A stretch of 64,000 nucleotides of DNA from an uncultured Myxococcales bacterium (GTDB taxonomy: Bacteria > Myxococcota_A > Bradymonadia > REDH01), in assembly GCA_965367675.1 (NCBI GenBank), contig CBDUJZ010000005.1, positions 5,027-69,026 of the forward strand. Reading direction: 5' to 3'. The position numbers and the translations under genes were made by a program. The notes beneath the pieces are model-generated. The model was not told where the DNA came from and did no database searches. It saw only the letters and a program-made list of their open reading frames with translations. The first letter of the stretch is position 1; each line of letters begins with the position of its first letter. This document shows positions 8,855 to 18,580 of this stretch, piece after piece.

Positions 8855-11800
8855 GGGTCAACTCCACCGAACGGGTCGGCGCTATCCGCGGGCACGATCA
8901 TTCCGGCCGGCGGGGCTTCCGGGGTCGGCGGTACGCGGAACCCTGGCGGTGAGAAGATCTGCGTCTCCTCGTATTCGATTGCGGTGCGGAAGACCGGGTA
9001 CTGCGCCCCGCGGTAGCGGTTGAGCTGTGCCGTCATGTCGACCGTGCATTGGTTAGTGACGCCCAACTGCTGCATGATCGGGTAGGCCACTTCCCACGCT
9101 GCGATCGCTTGGTCTTCGTACTGCTGCGCGAAGTCCTCGACCATGAGCACGTAGGCGTCCTCGGCGTCGAAGTCGCCGCCGAAGTCGGGCAGCGGCAACG
9201 CGTACAGAAGGTCGGCCATGACCTGGAACACACGACCTTCCATGTAGAAGGCGCACACGGTCCACTCGGCGGAGCCAAAGTCGACGACCTCGCGGAACTC
9301 CAGCACGAGCGGCTCAAGACCATCGCGGCGGTCCTGCAGGCCTTCTTGCTGCTCACGCACAGACTCGCCGAGCTCGATGTTGTTCCAGTTGGCGAAGGAG
9401 CCCATGGCGCGGTCGTAGATGACCTTGGCCGCGGCGTACTTCGCAGCGATGGACTCCGGCAGCCGCAGCGAGAACTCGGAGACGATGTTGTCGTAGGCCC
9501 GGTTGGCGTCGCGGGTGTCGCCGTCCTCTTCGTAGGCCACCGCCGTGCGGTAGTAGCTGTCGATCACGGCGGCATCGATGTCGATCAGGTCCGACATGCT
9601 GCGGCCGTAGTCGTCACGGAAGTCCTCGAAGATGGTGCGCATCGTGCGGTGATCGCCCATGTCGTCGTACAGCGTCGCTGCGGTGAACATGGCCGATGCC
9701 GCGCGCTCATCGTTCGGGTGCGAGCGTGCCCAGTCCAGGTACGCTTCGGCGGCTTCCCGCTTGCGGCCGACGCTCTCCATGAGGAGTGCGGCATCGAGGA
9801 TCGGGTGCTCCACCAAGTCCGGGTCCGAGAATCCGATGCCGTCCAGGATGAGGAACTCATCGATGGCGCGGTCGAAGTCGAAGAAGCGCTTGGCGTTGAC
9901 GGCGATGCGGACGTGCGCGTCGTCGACGTAGTCGCTGTCGGGGTACTCGGCGATGAGGCGGTCGAACTGCACGATCGCGTCTTCGTACTTCCGGAGCTGT
10001 TGCTCGTAGATGAGGCCGGAGTTGAACAGACCGACGGGGGCGAACTCCTCGTTGTCCGCGTATTCTGCGGCGAGACGTGCGTACTCCTCGGCGGCTTCTT
10101 CGAACTGACCGGCTTCGAACAGCTCTTCGGCGCTCTGGGCGATGATTCCGCCGACCATCATGCGGACGTCGGCGGCCAGCACGGTGCGGGTCTCCGGGTC
10201 GATGCATGCGGAGTAGCGGCTACCGAGCGCTTCTCGGAACGCCACGACGGCGTCCGAATCACGGCGTTGCTGATAGATGTTCAGCATGAAGCCGGCCGCG
10301 TAGCCGCTCTCGGGGGCTTGCGGGTCACAGCGGTCGAGGACGATCAGGAACCGCTCCTCGGCCGCGTCGTAGTTCTTGTAGTCGTAGAACAGCTTGCCGA
10401 CCTGGAAGCCGTAGCGGAACGCGGTCCGCGGGTCGTCTTCCGAGTTCAGGCCCATGGCCAGGTAGCGGTCGATGGCGGCGGCCCATGCGAGCGAGAGCTC
10501 GGGCACCGGTTCGGCGACCGTCGGGGCGCTGCGCGGGGCTTCGGGATCTTCGTCGGGCTCCGCCTCGGCCACGTACTCATTCACGCCGCTGTAGGCAGGC
10601 CATGCGCGGCCCTCCAGTTCGAAGCTGTCGATGGCCTCTTGGAGGGCGTACTCGTACGACTGAATGGACAGTGCGGCGGCCAGCTCTTGGAACTGGTCGT
10701 CGAGCGGGGAGTCGCGCACCACTCCAAATTGGGCAGCGGCCTCCTCGTACCGTGCGGCGAACAGGAGCGCCTGGCCGTGGTACATGCTCATCTCGTACGT
10801 GAGCTCGTCGTCGGGGTACTGCTCGATGAAGTCGGCGTAGATGTTGGCGGCGAACGAGAATTGCTCCTTGCTCTCGGCCAGCAGTCCGTCGTCGCCCATC
10901 GCGAGGGCTTCTTCGCGGAGTTCCTGAGCGTCGTTGTAGTAGCGCGCCGCGGTCTCCACGAGGTTGTCGCGGACAACGCGCTCGGCCTGCGTGATGGCGT
11001 CGGTCTCGCCGAGTCGCTCCATGCAGGAGTACCACTCGGAGCCGGGGCCGAATTGGGTGCTGAGCTCGCGCTGCATCGCGCGCGCTTCGTCGAACGCGCG
11101 CATCTGGCCGAGCGCTTCCACGATCTGGAGTGCACGGTCGAGGTTGGCGGGGTCGCACTCAAAGCGCGCGATGGCGTGTCGGTTGATCTCTACGGAGTAC
11201 TCGAAACGCTGGTCTTCGAGCAGGATGCCGGCGAGTCGGTCGAGGACCTTGCCGGTGTATCCGCGGTCTTCGCCGAGGTAGTTCATCACGCGAGGCATGA
11301 GGAAGTCGGGGTCGCGCTCAGCGTCGAGATCCCAGTCCTCTTCGGAGATGGAGAACGCGAAGTACTGAAGCGCTTCCTCTTCGAGTGCGGCGGCGCTCTC
11401 TTCCTTCTGCTCGTAGTACTCGAGCAGCATGGTGAACTGCTGGATGGCGGGATCGTACTCGCCGAGCAGGTAGTTGGCCCAACCGAGCTTGAAGAGGATC
11501 TTGTCGTACCAGCGGGATTCGCCGTAGCGGAGCGCGGAGTCGTAGGCTTCGCGGGCTTCGACGAACGCGGCCTCTTCGAAGTAGAACTCACCGATGCGCA
11601 GGTAGCCTTCCTGTGCAAAGTCCGACTCGGGGTACCGCGTCACGAGCTCTTGGTAGGCTTGCAGGCCGAGCTCGTACTCGTCCATCTGCTCGTAGCAGAT
11701 GCCGGTGAGGTAGAACGCGCCGTCGAGCTGACGGTAGTCCGGGTAGTTCGCGATGAGTCGGCGGAACAACGAGATGGTGTTCCGGAAGTCCTTCTCGGGC

Positions 11801-12462
11801 GTCTCCGGACGGTCGGGCTCGATGCCGAGTTCGTAGCGCTCTAGCGCGAGTTCGAAGTTCGCGTCGGCCTGGTTGTACTCGTCGACGGACTTCTCGTAGT
11901 GGAGCTCCGCGAGCCTGAAGAGCACGTCAGCGGAGTAGTCCGGGTGATTCGGGAAGCGCTCAAGGAATCGCTCAAAGTCGGCGATCGCTTCGTCGCGCCG
12001 CTCTCGCTCTTCGATGCGCAGCAGCTCGATGTTGTCGTTGTAGAACGCCAGGCGCCGCTCCCGCTCGCGGGAGTATTCCACCTGGACGATCTCTTGGATC
12101 GTACGCTGGTAGTCGGCGATCTCCGCTTCGTAGAGACGGAGCGCCTCTTCGAACTGGCTGAACGCGCCGCGTTGCTGCTCCGGGAGCGCAGGCGGAGGGA
12201 TCAGGCCATCGGGGCGAGGCGTTGTCGCGGTGTTGCTCGCTGCCGCAGGTGCGGTGGTTTCAGCGGCGTCTGCTTCGGCGTCAGCGGCCTCCTCCTCGGC
12301 AGGTGCAGCGTCATCTGCGGCTGCTGGTTCGGCGGTGGCGTCGGGTTGGACGGCCTCCGTCGGCTCAACGCCGCTCCCTTCGGGCTCAGACTGCGCGAAG
12401 GCCGGCGCAGCGAGCACGAGAAACAGGGCAATTTTCGGCAGGCGAATCAGGCCCATGGTCAC
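8851..12462 (-). CDS. gltD: GltD/AgmU-like large TPR protein
   Basis: 1203 aa, signal peptide, many TPR/YfiO-like repeats (DVLFRLAELHYE, EGYLRIGEFYFE, KILFKLGWANY); precedes gltE/gltF-like genes. Confidence 0.75.
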   Translation of the reverse strand: MTMGLIRLPKIALFLVLAAPAFAQSEPEGSGVEPTEAVQPDATAEPAAADDAAPAEEEAADAEADAAETTAPAAASNTATTPRPDGLIPPPALPEQQRGAFSQFEEALRLYEAEIADYQRTIQEIVQVEYSRERERRLAFYNDNIELLRIEERERRDEAIADFERFLERFPNHPDYSADVLFRLAELHYEKSVDEYNQADANFELALERYELGIEPDRPETPEKDFRNTISLFRRLIANYPDYRQLDGAFYLTGICYEQMDEYELGLQAYQELVTRYPESDFAQEGYLRIGEFYFEEAAFVEAREAYDSALRYGESRWYDKILFKLGWANYLLGEYDPAIQQFTMLLEYYEQKEESAAALEEEALQYFAFSISEEDWDLDAERDPDFLMPRVMNYLGEDRGYTGKVLDRLAGILLEDQRFEYSVEINRHAIARFECDPANLDRALQIVEALGQMRAFDEARAMQRELSTQFGPGSEWYSCMERLGETDAITQAERVVRDNLVETAARYYNDAQELREEALAMGDDGLLAESKEQFSFAANIYADFIEQYPDDELTYEMSMYHGQALLFAARYEEAAAQFGVVRDSPLDDQFQELAAALSIQSYEYALQEAIDSFELEGRAWPAYSGVNEYVAEAEPDEDPEAPRSAPTVAEPVPELSLAWAAAIDRYLAMGLNSEDDPRTAFRYGFQVGKLFYDYKNYDAAEERFLIVLDRCDPQAPESGYAAGFMLNIYQQRRDSDAVVAFREALGSRYSACIDPETRTVLAADVRMMVGGIIAQSAEELFEAGQFEEAAEEYARLAAEYADNEEFAPVGLFNSGLIYEQQLRKYEDAIVQFDRLIAEYPDSDYVDDAHVRIAVNAKRFFDFDRAIDEFLILDGIGFSDPDLVEHPILDAALLMESVGRKREAAEAYLDWARSHPNDERAASAMFTAATLYDDMGDHRTMRTIFEDFRDDYGRSMSDLIDIDAAVIDSYYRTAVAYEEDGDTRDANRAYDNIVSEFSLRLPESIAAKYAAAKVIYDRAMGSFANWNNIELGESVREQQEGLQDRRDGLEPLVLEFREVVDFGSAEWTVCAFYMEGRVFQVMADLLYALPLPDFGGDFDAEDAYVLMVEDFAQQYEDQAIAAWEVAYPIMQQLGVTNQCTVDMTAQLNRYRGAQYPVFRTAIEYEETQIFSPPGFRVPPTPEAPPAGMIVPADSADPFGGVDP

Positions 12463-14816
12463 TCGTCCTCCAAGAGCTCTTCAAAGTCGGCGTCCAGCTC
12501 ACGAATGGACTGGTTCCGCTCTTCGAAGAGGTTCTCGATGGTGTGTGACAGCACTTCTTTCTGCCGCCACGCCACGTCGATGATTCCCAAGTTCGCCCGG
12601 AGCGTCAGCTCGGAGAACCGGTAGTAGATGTCTTCGAACGCCGCGAACGCCACGGTTCCGGCGGTCGCGCGGGCTTCCGCTTCGGCGAGCGGCAGCGACG
12701 CTTGGTACTGCTCCACGTTCGCGCGCTCACGGGCCAGGAGGCCACGCATGTCGGCGGTCTGTTCGGCGAGCAACTGATCGAGTTCCAGGTAGAGGCTCTC
12801 GCAGTCGCGGTCGATCGCCATGAGCTCACCGATCGTGGGGTCCACGTTGGTGAGCGCGCTTGGATTCGAGGCGTTGGCGCGACGCGCAGCCAGGAACCGC
12901 TCTTCCGCGCCGATGGCGGTGAAGAACTCTGCGCGGCTCTGGCGCTCGGCCGAACCGACACCGTCGGACACGCCGACTTCGACGAGTCGAATGTTCAGTT
13001 CACGCCGCAGCGCCAACGTCTCGGCGCGGGCCGTGTTCAGTCGGCGGGACTCCGCGTCGAGCGACGAGCGCATGTTGCGGAGGTCTGCGCGCGGCGCGGC
13101 GCCGGCACGGTCGATGTAGATCTCGCGGAGGGCTTCGAGGTCCTCGGCTTCGGCGTTCACCATGAGTTCGGCGCGGTGGGTCTCGAGGATGAGCCGGCCG
13201 ATCTCATCGGTCACGGAGCGCTCGCGCTCGTTGAGCTCCGCGAAGGTTCGCGGCTGGTCCGACAGGCGGGCCTGAATGGCGAGCCGGCGTCGGCGCAGGG
13301 TCTCGTATTGCGAGGCGTCCGACTGTGCCATTCCGGGCACGACCGCGGTGGCTTCCGCGTCGACGAGGGCCCCCATCAGGTCGGTGACCTCGACTTGAAT
13401 CGCGTTGGCGCGCGCCCAGCTGTCCCGAATGGTCGGGAACGCGTTGAGGCGGCCACCGCGGTTCAGCACGGCGTCGAGCTGCTCGATCATCAAGGCGCTC
13501 TCGTCGATCTCGGTACGCAGGACTTCGACGTCCTGAATCGCCATGAGCGCGCGGTCGAGCTGCGGGTCCGACTCGAACCAGGGCTGCGCGGCGACCGGCA
13601 GGCGAAGCGAGCCGGCTTCAGGGTTCACGATGGCGTCGAAGAACGCATCCGGGTCGTCATGCTCGGCGCGAACGGCGCGCAGCTCTTGTTCGACTGGCAG
13701 GTACTGCGCGTTGGCGGTCTCGAACTGCTCGACGGCCTCGTCGTAGCGCTCCATGCGCAGCAACAGGTCTCCGCGGAGGAGCTGCGCTTGGGCCTGGAAG
13801 CGAGAGTCCTGGTCGGCGACGATCGTGAGGATCTCGAGGTTGTTGAGCGCCGTCTCGAAGTACTGATCACGCAGGGTGCGCTGGTCGGTCTCCGCTCCCT
13901 GTCGAATCTGCGTCCACGCGATTTCGTAGAGCGCCGCAGTGTAGTGCGGCGACTGGCGCGGGACGAGGATGTAGGCGTCGATGGCCTCAAGCCACGCGCT
14001 GTTCTCGTAGTGGATTCGGCCCTGCGCGAGGCGCGAGAGTTCGCGTAAATCGACGACGGTGTCGGAGTCTTCGGCGCTGGGCTCACCGAGCCGCTCGAGC
14101 ACGCCGGTAAACTCGGCGTAGGCGGGCTCCAGTTGGTCCATGCGGGCCATGGCGACGCCGGTGAAGTACCGGGCGAGCTCGTACACGTCGGCGCTCGGAC
14201 GCACGGCGCCGAACGCGTTGACGGCGTCGGCGTAGCGTCCTTGGAAGTACAGCGCTTTACCGCGCACGTACGACACATCGTCGTCCATGGCGGTACCGGC
14301 GCGGCGCTCTAGGTCGCGGTACAGGCGCTCAAGCTCGTCAAAGCGTCCCATGGCGACAGCGATCTCGATGCGGCGGCGTGCGGCGTCGAGGCTGTGCGTA
14401 GGGTCTTCGGCGAGGCGCTCGTAGTAGTGCCCTGCCATGAGCAGGTCGCGCTCTAGGAACAGGCTCTCGGCGAGCATGTACACGGCCTCGGCGTAGCCAC
14501 CGTTGGCGCGGTGTCGGTCGTCTTCGACGAGCGGCAGCAGCGCCTGGATGACGGCGTCGTAGGACTCGTAGAAAAAGAGATATCGTGCGTCCACGAAGGC
14601 GGACGCGAACGAGTACTCCAGCGCGATGCGCTCCGGCTGTCCGATCTGGGGTCGGATTTGGGAGAGTTGGCCACGCAGGGTGCGCACTTGCTCGCCGATC
14701 GCGGTGACCTCAGCGGCGGTCCCTTGGGCATCCGCGGGCTGCGCCCCAACGAGCATTGTCGCTGCGGCCAAAGCCGCAAGCGCCGCTTTGGCGGCGGCTC
14801 TAGGCAGGGTCAGCAT
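12459..14816 (-). CDS. Exported TPR / coiled-coil protein of the Glt-like cluster
   Basis: Signal peptide (PADA|Q), TPRs (AVYMLAESLF, YVRGKALY, ALYEIAWT), long coiled-coil C-terminal half; translationally coupled to neighbours. Confidence 0.8.
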   Translation of the reverse strand: MLTLPRAAAKAALAALAAATMLVGAQPADAQGTAAEVTAIGEQVRTLRGQLSQIRPQIGQPERIALEYSFASAFVDARYLFFYESYDAVIQALLPLVEDDRHRANGGYAEAVYMLAESLFLERDLLMAGHYYERLAEDPTHSLDAARRRIEIAVAMGRFDELERLYRDLERRAGTAMDDDVSYVRGKALYFQGRYADAVNAFGAVRPSADVYELARYFTGVAMARMDQLEPAYAEFTGVLERLGEPSAEDSDTVVDLRELSRLAQGRIHYENSAWLEAIDAYILVPRQSPHYTAALYEIAWTQIRQGAETDQRTLRDQYFETALNNLEILTIVADQDSRFQAQAQLLRGDLLLRMERYDEAVEQFETANAQYLPVEQELRAVRAEHDDPDAFFDAIVNPEAGSLRLPVAAQPWFESDPQLDRALMAIQDVEVLRTEIDESALMIEQLDAVLNRGGRLNAFPTIRDSWARANAIQVEVTDLMGALVDAEATAVVPGMAQSDASQYETLRRRRLAIQARLSDQPRTFAELNERERSVTDEIGRLILETHRAELMVNAEAEDLEALREIYIDRAGAAPRADLRNMRSSLDAESRRLNTARAETLALRRELNIRLVEVGVSDGVGSAERQSRAEFFTAIGAEERFLAARRANASNPSALTNVDPTIGELMAIDRDCESLYLELDQLLAEQTADMRGLLARERANVEQYQASLPLAEAEARATAGTVAFAAFEDIYYRFSELTLRANLGIIDVAWRQKEVLSHTIENLFEERNQSIRELDADFEELLEDE

Positions 14817-15574
14817 CAGGACTCCTCGTCCCCGCTCGTCAGCTCGCTGTCGTCGCCGATGGTGTCGGTGATGGAGACGTCGAAGCGCACGTCCGGACGG
14901 TCTTCGAGGGCGCGCGAGGCGCCGCCGTGGTCGTACAAGATCACGTCGACGTCGGCGGTCTTGCCATCTTCGACGGTGAACGAGTGCGAGGACACCAGCG
15001 AGAAGGTGTAACCGTTCATGTAGGAGAACATGCCGTGGTCGTTGCCGACGATCTCGGCCTGCACCACGATGGTGTGGGGTCCGGCGAGCACGGGCGACTC
15101 GTACACATCGACGCGGTTGCGCTCGTTGAGCGCGGGCTCATCGGCGGCGGTCGTGGCGTACACTTGGTCGCCGTCGATGGCGTAGCTGATACGCGCGAGG
15201 TCGAAGAGACCGCCGAGCTCGTTGATGTGCGTGACGGCGATGCGGGAGCCGCCGATGCCTTCTTGCATCAGCTGGTGCCAGAGCATGCGGAGTCGCGCTT
15301 TGGAAGCGAAGACGCTCTCCTTGAGCTCATTGAGGCGGTCCTCAAGCTCGTGGAGTTGCAGGTCGTAGTCCGCGGTGGGCGCGACCATGGGGGCGGCTGG
15401 CGCCTCTGCGGTCACGGCGGGTGCTGGTGCCGCTTCCGTCGCGGGCGCTGCGGCCTCGACCGCTTCGCCAGTGGCTTCAAATACGTCGGCTGCGTCGCCC
15501 GCCGATTGCGCATTGGCAGTTCCGGCGATCAACAGCGCGACCAAGCTCCCCGTCAAGAGCAGACCGTTCCTCAT
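14816..15574 (-). CDS. Exported protein (Ala/Pro linker, coiled coil, beta-sandwich); first gene of the Glt-like operon
   Basis: Signal peptide (ANA|Q); LQLHELEDRLNELKESVFASKARL coiled coil; family seen ahead of TPR genes in myxobacteria, often mis-annotated as dihydrolipoamide acetyltransferase. Confidence 0.75.
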   Translation of the reverse strand: MRNGLLLTGSLVALLIAGTANAQSAGDAADVFEATGEAVEAAAPATEAAPAPAVTAEAPAAPMVAPTADYDLQLHELEDRLNELKESVFASKARLRMLWHQLMQEGIGGSRIAVTHINELGGLFDLARISYAIDGDQVYATTAADEPALNERNRVDVYESPVLAGPHTIVVQAEIVGNDHGMFSYMNGYTFSLVSSHSFTVEDGKTADVDVILYDHGGASRALEDRPDVRFDVSITDTIGDDSELTSGDEES

Positions 15575-15959
15575 GCTTCCATCTCCAATCCGTCTCTACA
15601 GTACGGCGTTTAATTCTAAGTTCGAGCCAAATGCTCAGCGAGCATAGTGGGACCACTCATGAATGCACAGTGTCGACCTTCACCGCCAAATCAGCGGGTG
15701 GGTCCTGGGTACGTTTCTCACCCGACCTGCAACAACTACTGTATCGTGTATCCACTGCGACATGCGCCACTTTCCGCCTTTCACAGCGTTCATTTGTCGC
15801 GCACAACCGTTCGCCTCTACACTACGAGGTCTCTAGTGTCACGTGGCGACGCAACAAATCCGATCGCCGACGTTATTGCCTCGGCGGCCAATCCAGCCCC
15901 GCGCGGCGCGCACCGGTCGACCTCCCCACCCTCCCCGTCCTCCCTTGAACGCCAGCGCT

Positions 15960-17777
15960 ATGCAGCCGAATCCTCCATGCCGCGTCGCGTCAACGGCGGG
16001 TTCGGCGCCTAAACTCCGTGGTCGGCCGCGCGGGCCTACGTCGGTCGCCCGAACGGTCGTTCGCGGGTTCCTCTGGGGGCTGATCGCCTTATTCTGCGTG
16101 GCTTGTGGGGCGCCTCAGGTCGCCGAGCCGAATGTCGCGGAGCCGCGAGACGGACTGACGATCGGTCTGGACATCGACCCAATCGCCGGGGCCATTCGGG
16201 TGAGCTACCACCTGCACGGGACGCTCCCGCCACGACTGCGTGTCGCGTTTCCCGATCGCTGGGCGGGCCGGTCCGGGTACTTCGACGACATCGTCGGGGT
16301 GGAGGCCGAAGATGGGCGCGGAGAGCCACTGCACATTTCGTTCAACTCGCAGCAGATCGCGGCGATCGCGGTGGGCGACGCGGATACGGTGGTGCTGCGG
16401 TACACGGTTCGCCCGCAGCGTGGGCTGTTGACCCACGCGACGCGGTTTCGCGCGCTGCTGAGCGCCGACCGCTTCTTCGCACCGGGGCACGCGATCTTTG
16501 CGGAACCGCTCGACTTGGGCGCGGCGTTCGAGACGGGAATTCGGGTCACGACGGCGACGACCGAGCGGGTGTCTCGCGACACGTGGACGCTGCGCTCGAC
16601 GGTGGATACATCCGCCGGGGTGGGGCTCGACGAGTTGGTCGACGCGGCGTGGTTCGCGGGGCGGTTCGCCCGGGTGATCCGAGCGCGGGGCGGTCGTGAG
16701 ATCGAGGTGTGGGTGGAGGAGCGCGTGAGCGCGGGACCGCAGGCGCTGGGCGACCTCGCGCAGGACGTCGTGGAGGCGCAGTGGGCGCTGCTCGGTGAGA
16801 CGATCGCGGCGCGAACGACGGTGGTGGTGTTGCTGCGCGAGGACGATCCGGAGGCGCTGAACGGCGCCGGTCGGACGGGCGGATTCGTGCTCGAGATCGG
16901 CACGGATCTGAACGTAACCCAAGACGGCGTGGCCGCGCTGGTGGCGCACGAGAACCTGCACCGCTTGAACGGCCACTACCTGCGATTCGCGGCCGCGGAC
17001 GAGTTCGGCACGATGTGGTTTCGCGAAGGGGTTACCGACTACGTGTCGATGCGAAACGCGGCGGCGGCGGGGGTGATCGAGTCGACGCAGTTCTTCCGAT
17101 TCGTCGGCAAGAGCCTGGCAAACTATCTCGGCAGCCCGGCGGTGAACGTGACGGCGTCGGAGGTGGGCAACGGCTACTGGGCGGACCGTGATCTGCGGCG
17201 TTTTCCGTACGATAAAGGGGCGCTGATGGCGTTGCTGATCGATCTGCGGCTGCGGGCGGACGGTGCGGGCACACTGGAGGGGTTCTTCGCGTGGCTGCGT
17301 GAGCGTCCGGACGCCCGCACGGTCCCGCTGTCGAACGCGACGCTGCTGGAGCGGCTGAACGAATACTCGGGTGCGGACTGGACGGAATTTTGGTCGGCTT
17401 ACGTACTCGGGAACGATGTGCTCCCGGTGTTTGAGCGGCTAAACGCGGTGGGGCTCGAGGTGGTGGAGCGGGTCGATCCGGCACCTTATTACGGTTTCCG
17501 GACGTCGCTGACCGTAGATGGGGACTGGTTTGTGTCCCATGTCGAGCCTGGGTCCCCGGCCGATGTAGCGGGGCTGCGCTCGGGCACCGCGTTGACAGGC
17601 GAGCCGTACATGCCGACGGGTGTGAACGCGCAGCGGGCGACAGTGTACGCGTCGGGTCCGCGCGGGCCTTCGTCGCTGCATATCCCGGCGGGCCGAGGGC
17701 AGCGCAGGACGTTCGCGCTGAGCGCCGCAGACGCCGGGTATTTGCGCGCCTTCGGATTGGGAGCAGAGAACGAATGA
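15960..17777 (+). CDS. M61 family (glycyl-aminopeptidase-like) metallopeptidase with C-terminal PDZ-like domain, probable lipoprotein
   Basis: HENLH zinc motif, WFREGVTDY, YDKGA, VEPGSPADVAGL PDZ motif; lipobox CVA|C; start uncertain (ATG 15960 chosen). Confidence 0.8.
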   Translation: MQPNPPCRVASTAGSAPKLRGRPRGPTSVARTVVRGFLWGLIALFCVACGAPQVAEPNVAEPRDGLTIGLDIDPIAGAIRVSYHLHGTLPPRLRVAFPDRWAGRSGYFDDIVGVEAEDGRGEPLHISFNSQQIAAIAVGDADTVVLRYTVRPQRGLLTHATRFRALLSADRFFAPGHAIFAEPLDLGAAFETGIRVTTATTERVSRDTWTLRSTVDTSAGVGLDELVDAAWFAGRFARVIRARGGREIEVWVEERVSAGPQALGDLAQDVVEAQWALLGETIAARTTVVVLLREDDPEALNGAGRTGGFVLEIGTDLNVTQDGVAALVAHENLHRLNGHYLRFAAADEFGTMWFREGVTDYVSMRNAAAAGVIESTQFFRFVGKSLANYLGSPAVNVTASEVGNGYWADRDLRRFPYDKGALMALLIDLRLRADGAGTLEGFFAWLRERPDARTVPLSNATLLERLNEYSGADWTEFWSAYVLGNDVLPVFERLNAVGLEVVERVDPAPYYGFRTSLTVDGDWFVSHVEPGSPADVAGLRSGTALTGEPYMPTGVNAQRATVYASGPRGPSSLHIPAGRGQRRTFALSAADAGYLRAFGLGAENE

Positions 17778-18511
17778 CGGACGAAAAGCGCTTACAGACC
17801 ACGATCGAGGCGGAAACTGAGGCTGCGTCGGATGCGGTGACGTCGGAGTTGGCAGGGCTGCGGGCCGCCGCGGTGTCAGACCCAGAGATCCCGGAGGCGG
17901 TGCGTGGCTTCCTGTCCGGCGGCGCGCAGCTCGACGCGCTCCGGCTCACGGCGCTCGGCCGATGGACGTACAACGGTCGACCGGTAGAGCATCCGCGGGT
18001 GATCGCGCTGTTCAGCCGCAGCCTCTCGCGCACGACGTCGGGTACCTGGGTGCTGCGGATCCCGCCCTACACCTACCCCGTGTTGGTCGACGGCGCGGGT
18101 CAGTTCATCGACAAAGTCCGCGTGGGCGCGGCGCCGGAGGGGGCAGCGGGAGCGAGCGATCCTTCGGGGAAGACGTCACACAACGGGTCGGGCGATCCGT
18201 CGGGCGATCTTCCGCGCCGGCGATCGAGCGCCTCGGGGGCTGCTCTGGTCGACGGGGTGTCCAAGGCCAGTTGGGGGCGAACGTTGGGTGGGGTTTGGGT
18301 GCGTTTGGACTTCGCGACGCTGGAGACGGACGGGGACGCATACCTGGGCGTTCGCGTTGGTGGCGCGGCCGCGCGGCTCATTGGGCCGGCGTATGCGGCG
18401 GTGTCCGCAGGCCTGGACGCCGACGACGCGGGGTGGCTGGTCCGCTGGGACGGGGCGACGTACCGAGTGAACGATCGAGAGGGTCCTGCGGTCAGCGGTG
18501 GGATTAGTTGA
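17774..18511 (+). CDS. DUF1285-like protein
   Basis: GRWTYNGRPVEHPRVIALFSRSL...YPVLVDG resembles the DUF1285 N-terminal motif; ATGA overlap with the upstream gene. Confidence 0.6.
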   Translation: MTDEKRLQTTIEAETEAASDAVTSELAGLRAAAVSDPEIPEAVRGFLSGGAQLDALRLTALGRWTYNGRPVEHPRVIALFSRSLSRTTSGTWVLRIPPYTYPVLVDGAGQFIDKVRVGAAPEGAAGASDPSGKTSHNGSGDPSGDLPRRRSSASGAALVDGVSKASWGRTLGGVWVRLDFATLETDGDAYLGVRVGGAAARLIGPAYAAVSAGLDADDAGWLVRWDGATYRVNDREGPAVSGGIS

Positions 18512-18580
18512 CCTCGTTTCCGCGCGAATGGTACTTCTGGGCGGTAACGTTTTTACTCGCCGAGAGCGCAGAAGGCCGCG

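Noticed and set aside
14816-15574. Dihydrolipoamide acetyltransferase (E2) partner for sucA
   Set aside because: Only the Ala/Pro linker resembles E2; it has a signal peptide and no lipoyl or catalytic motif
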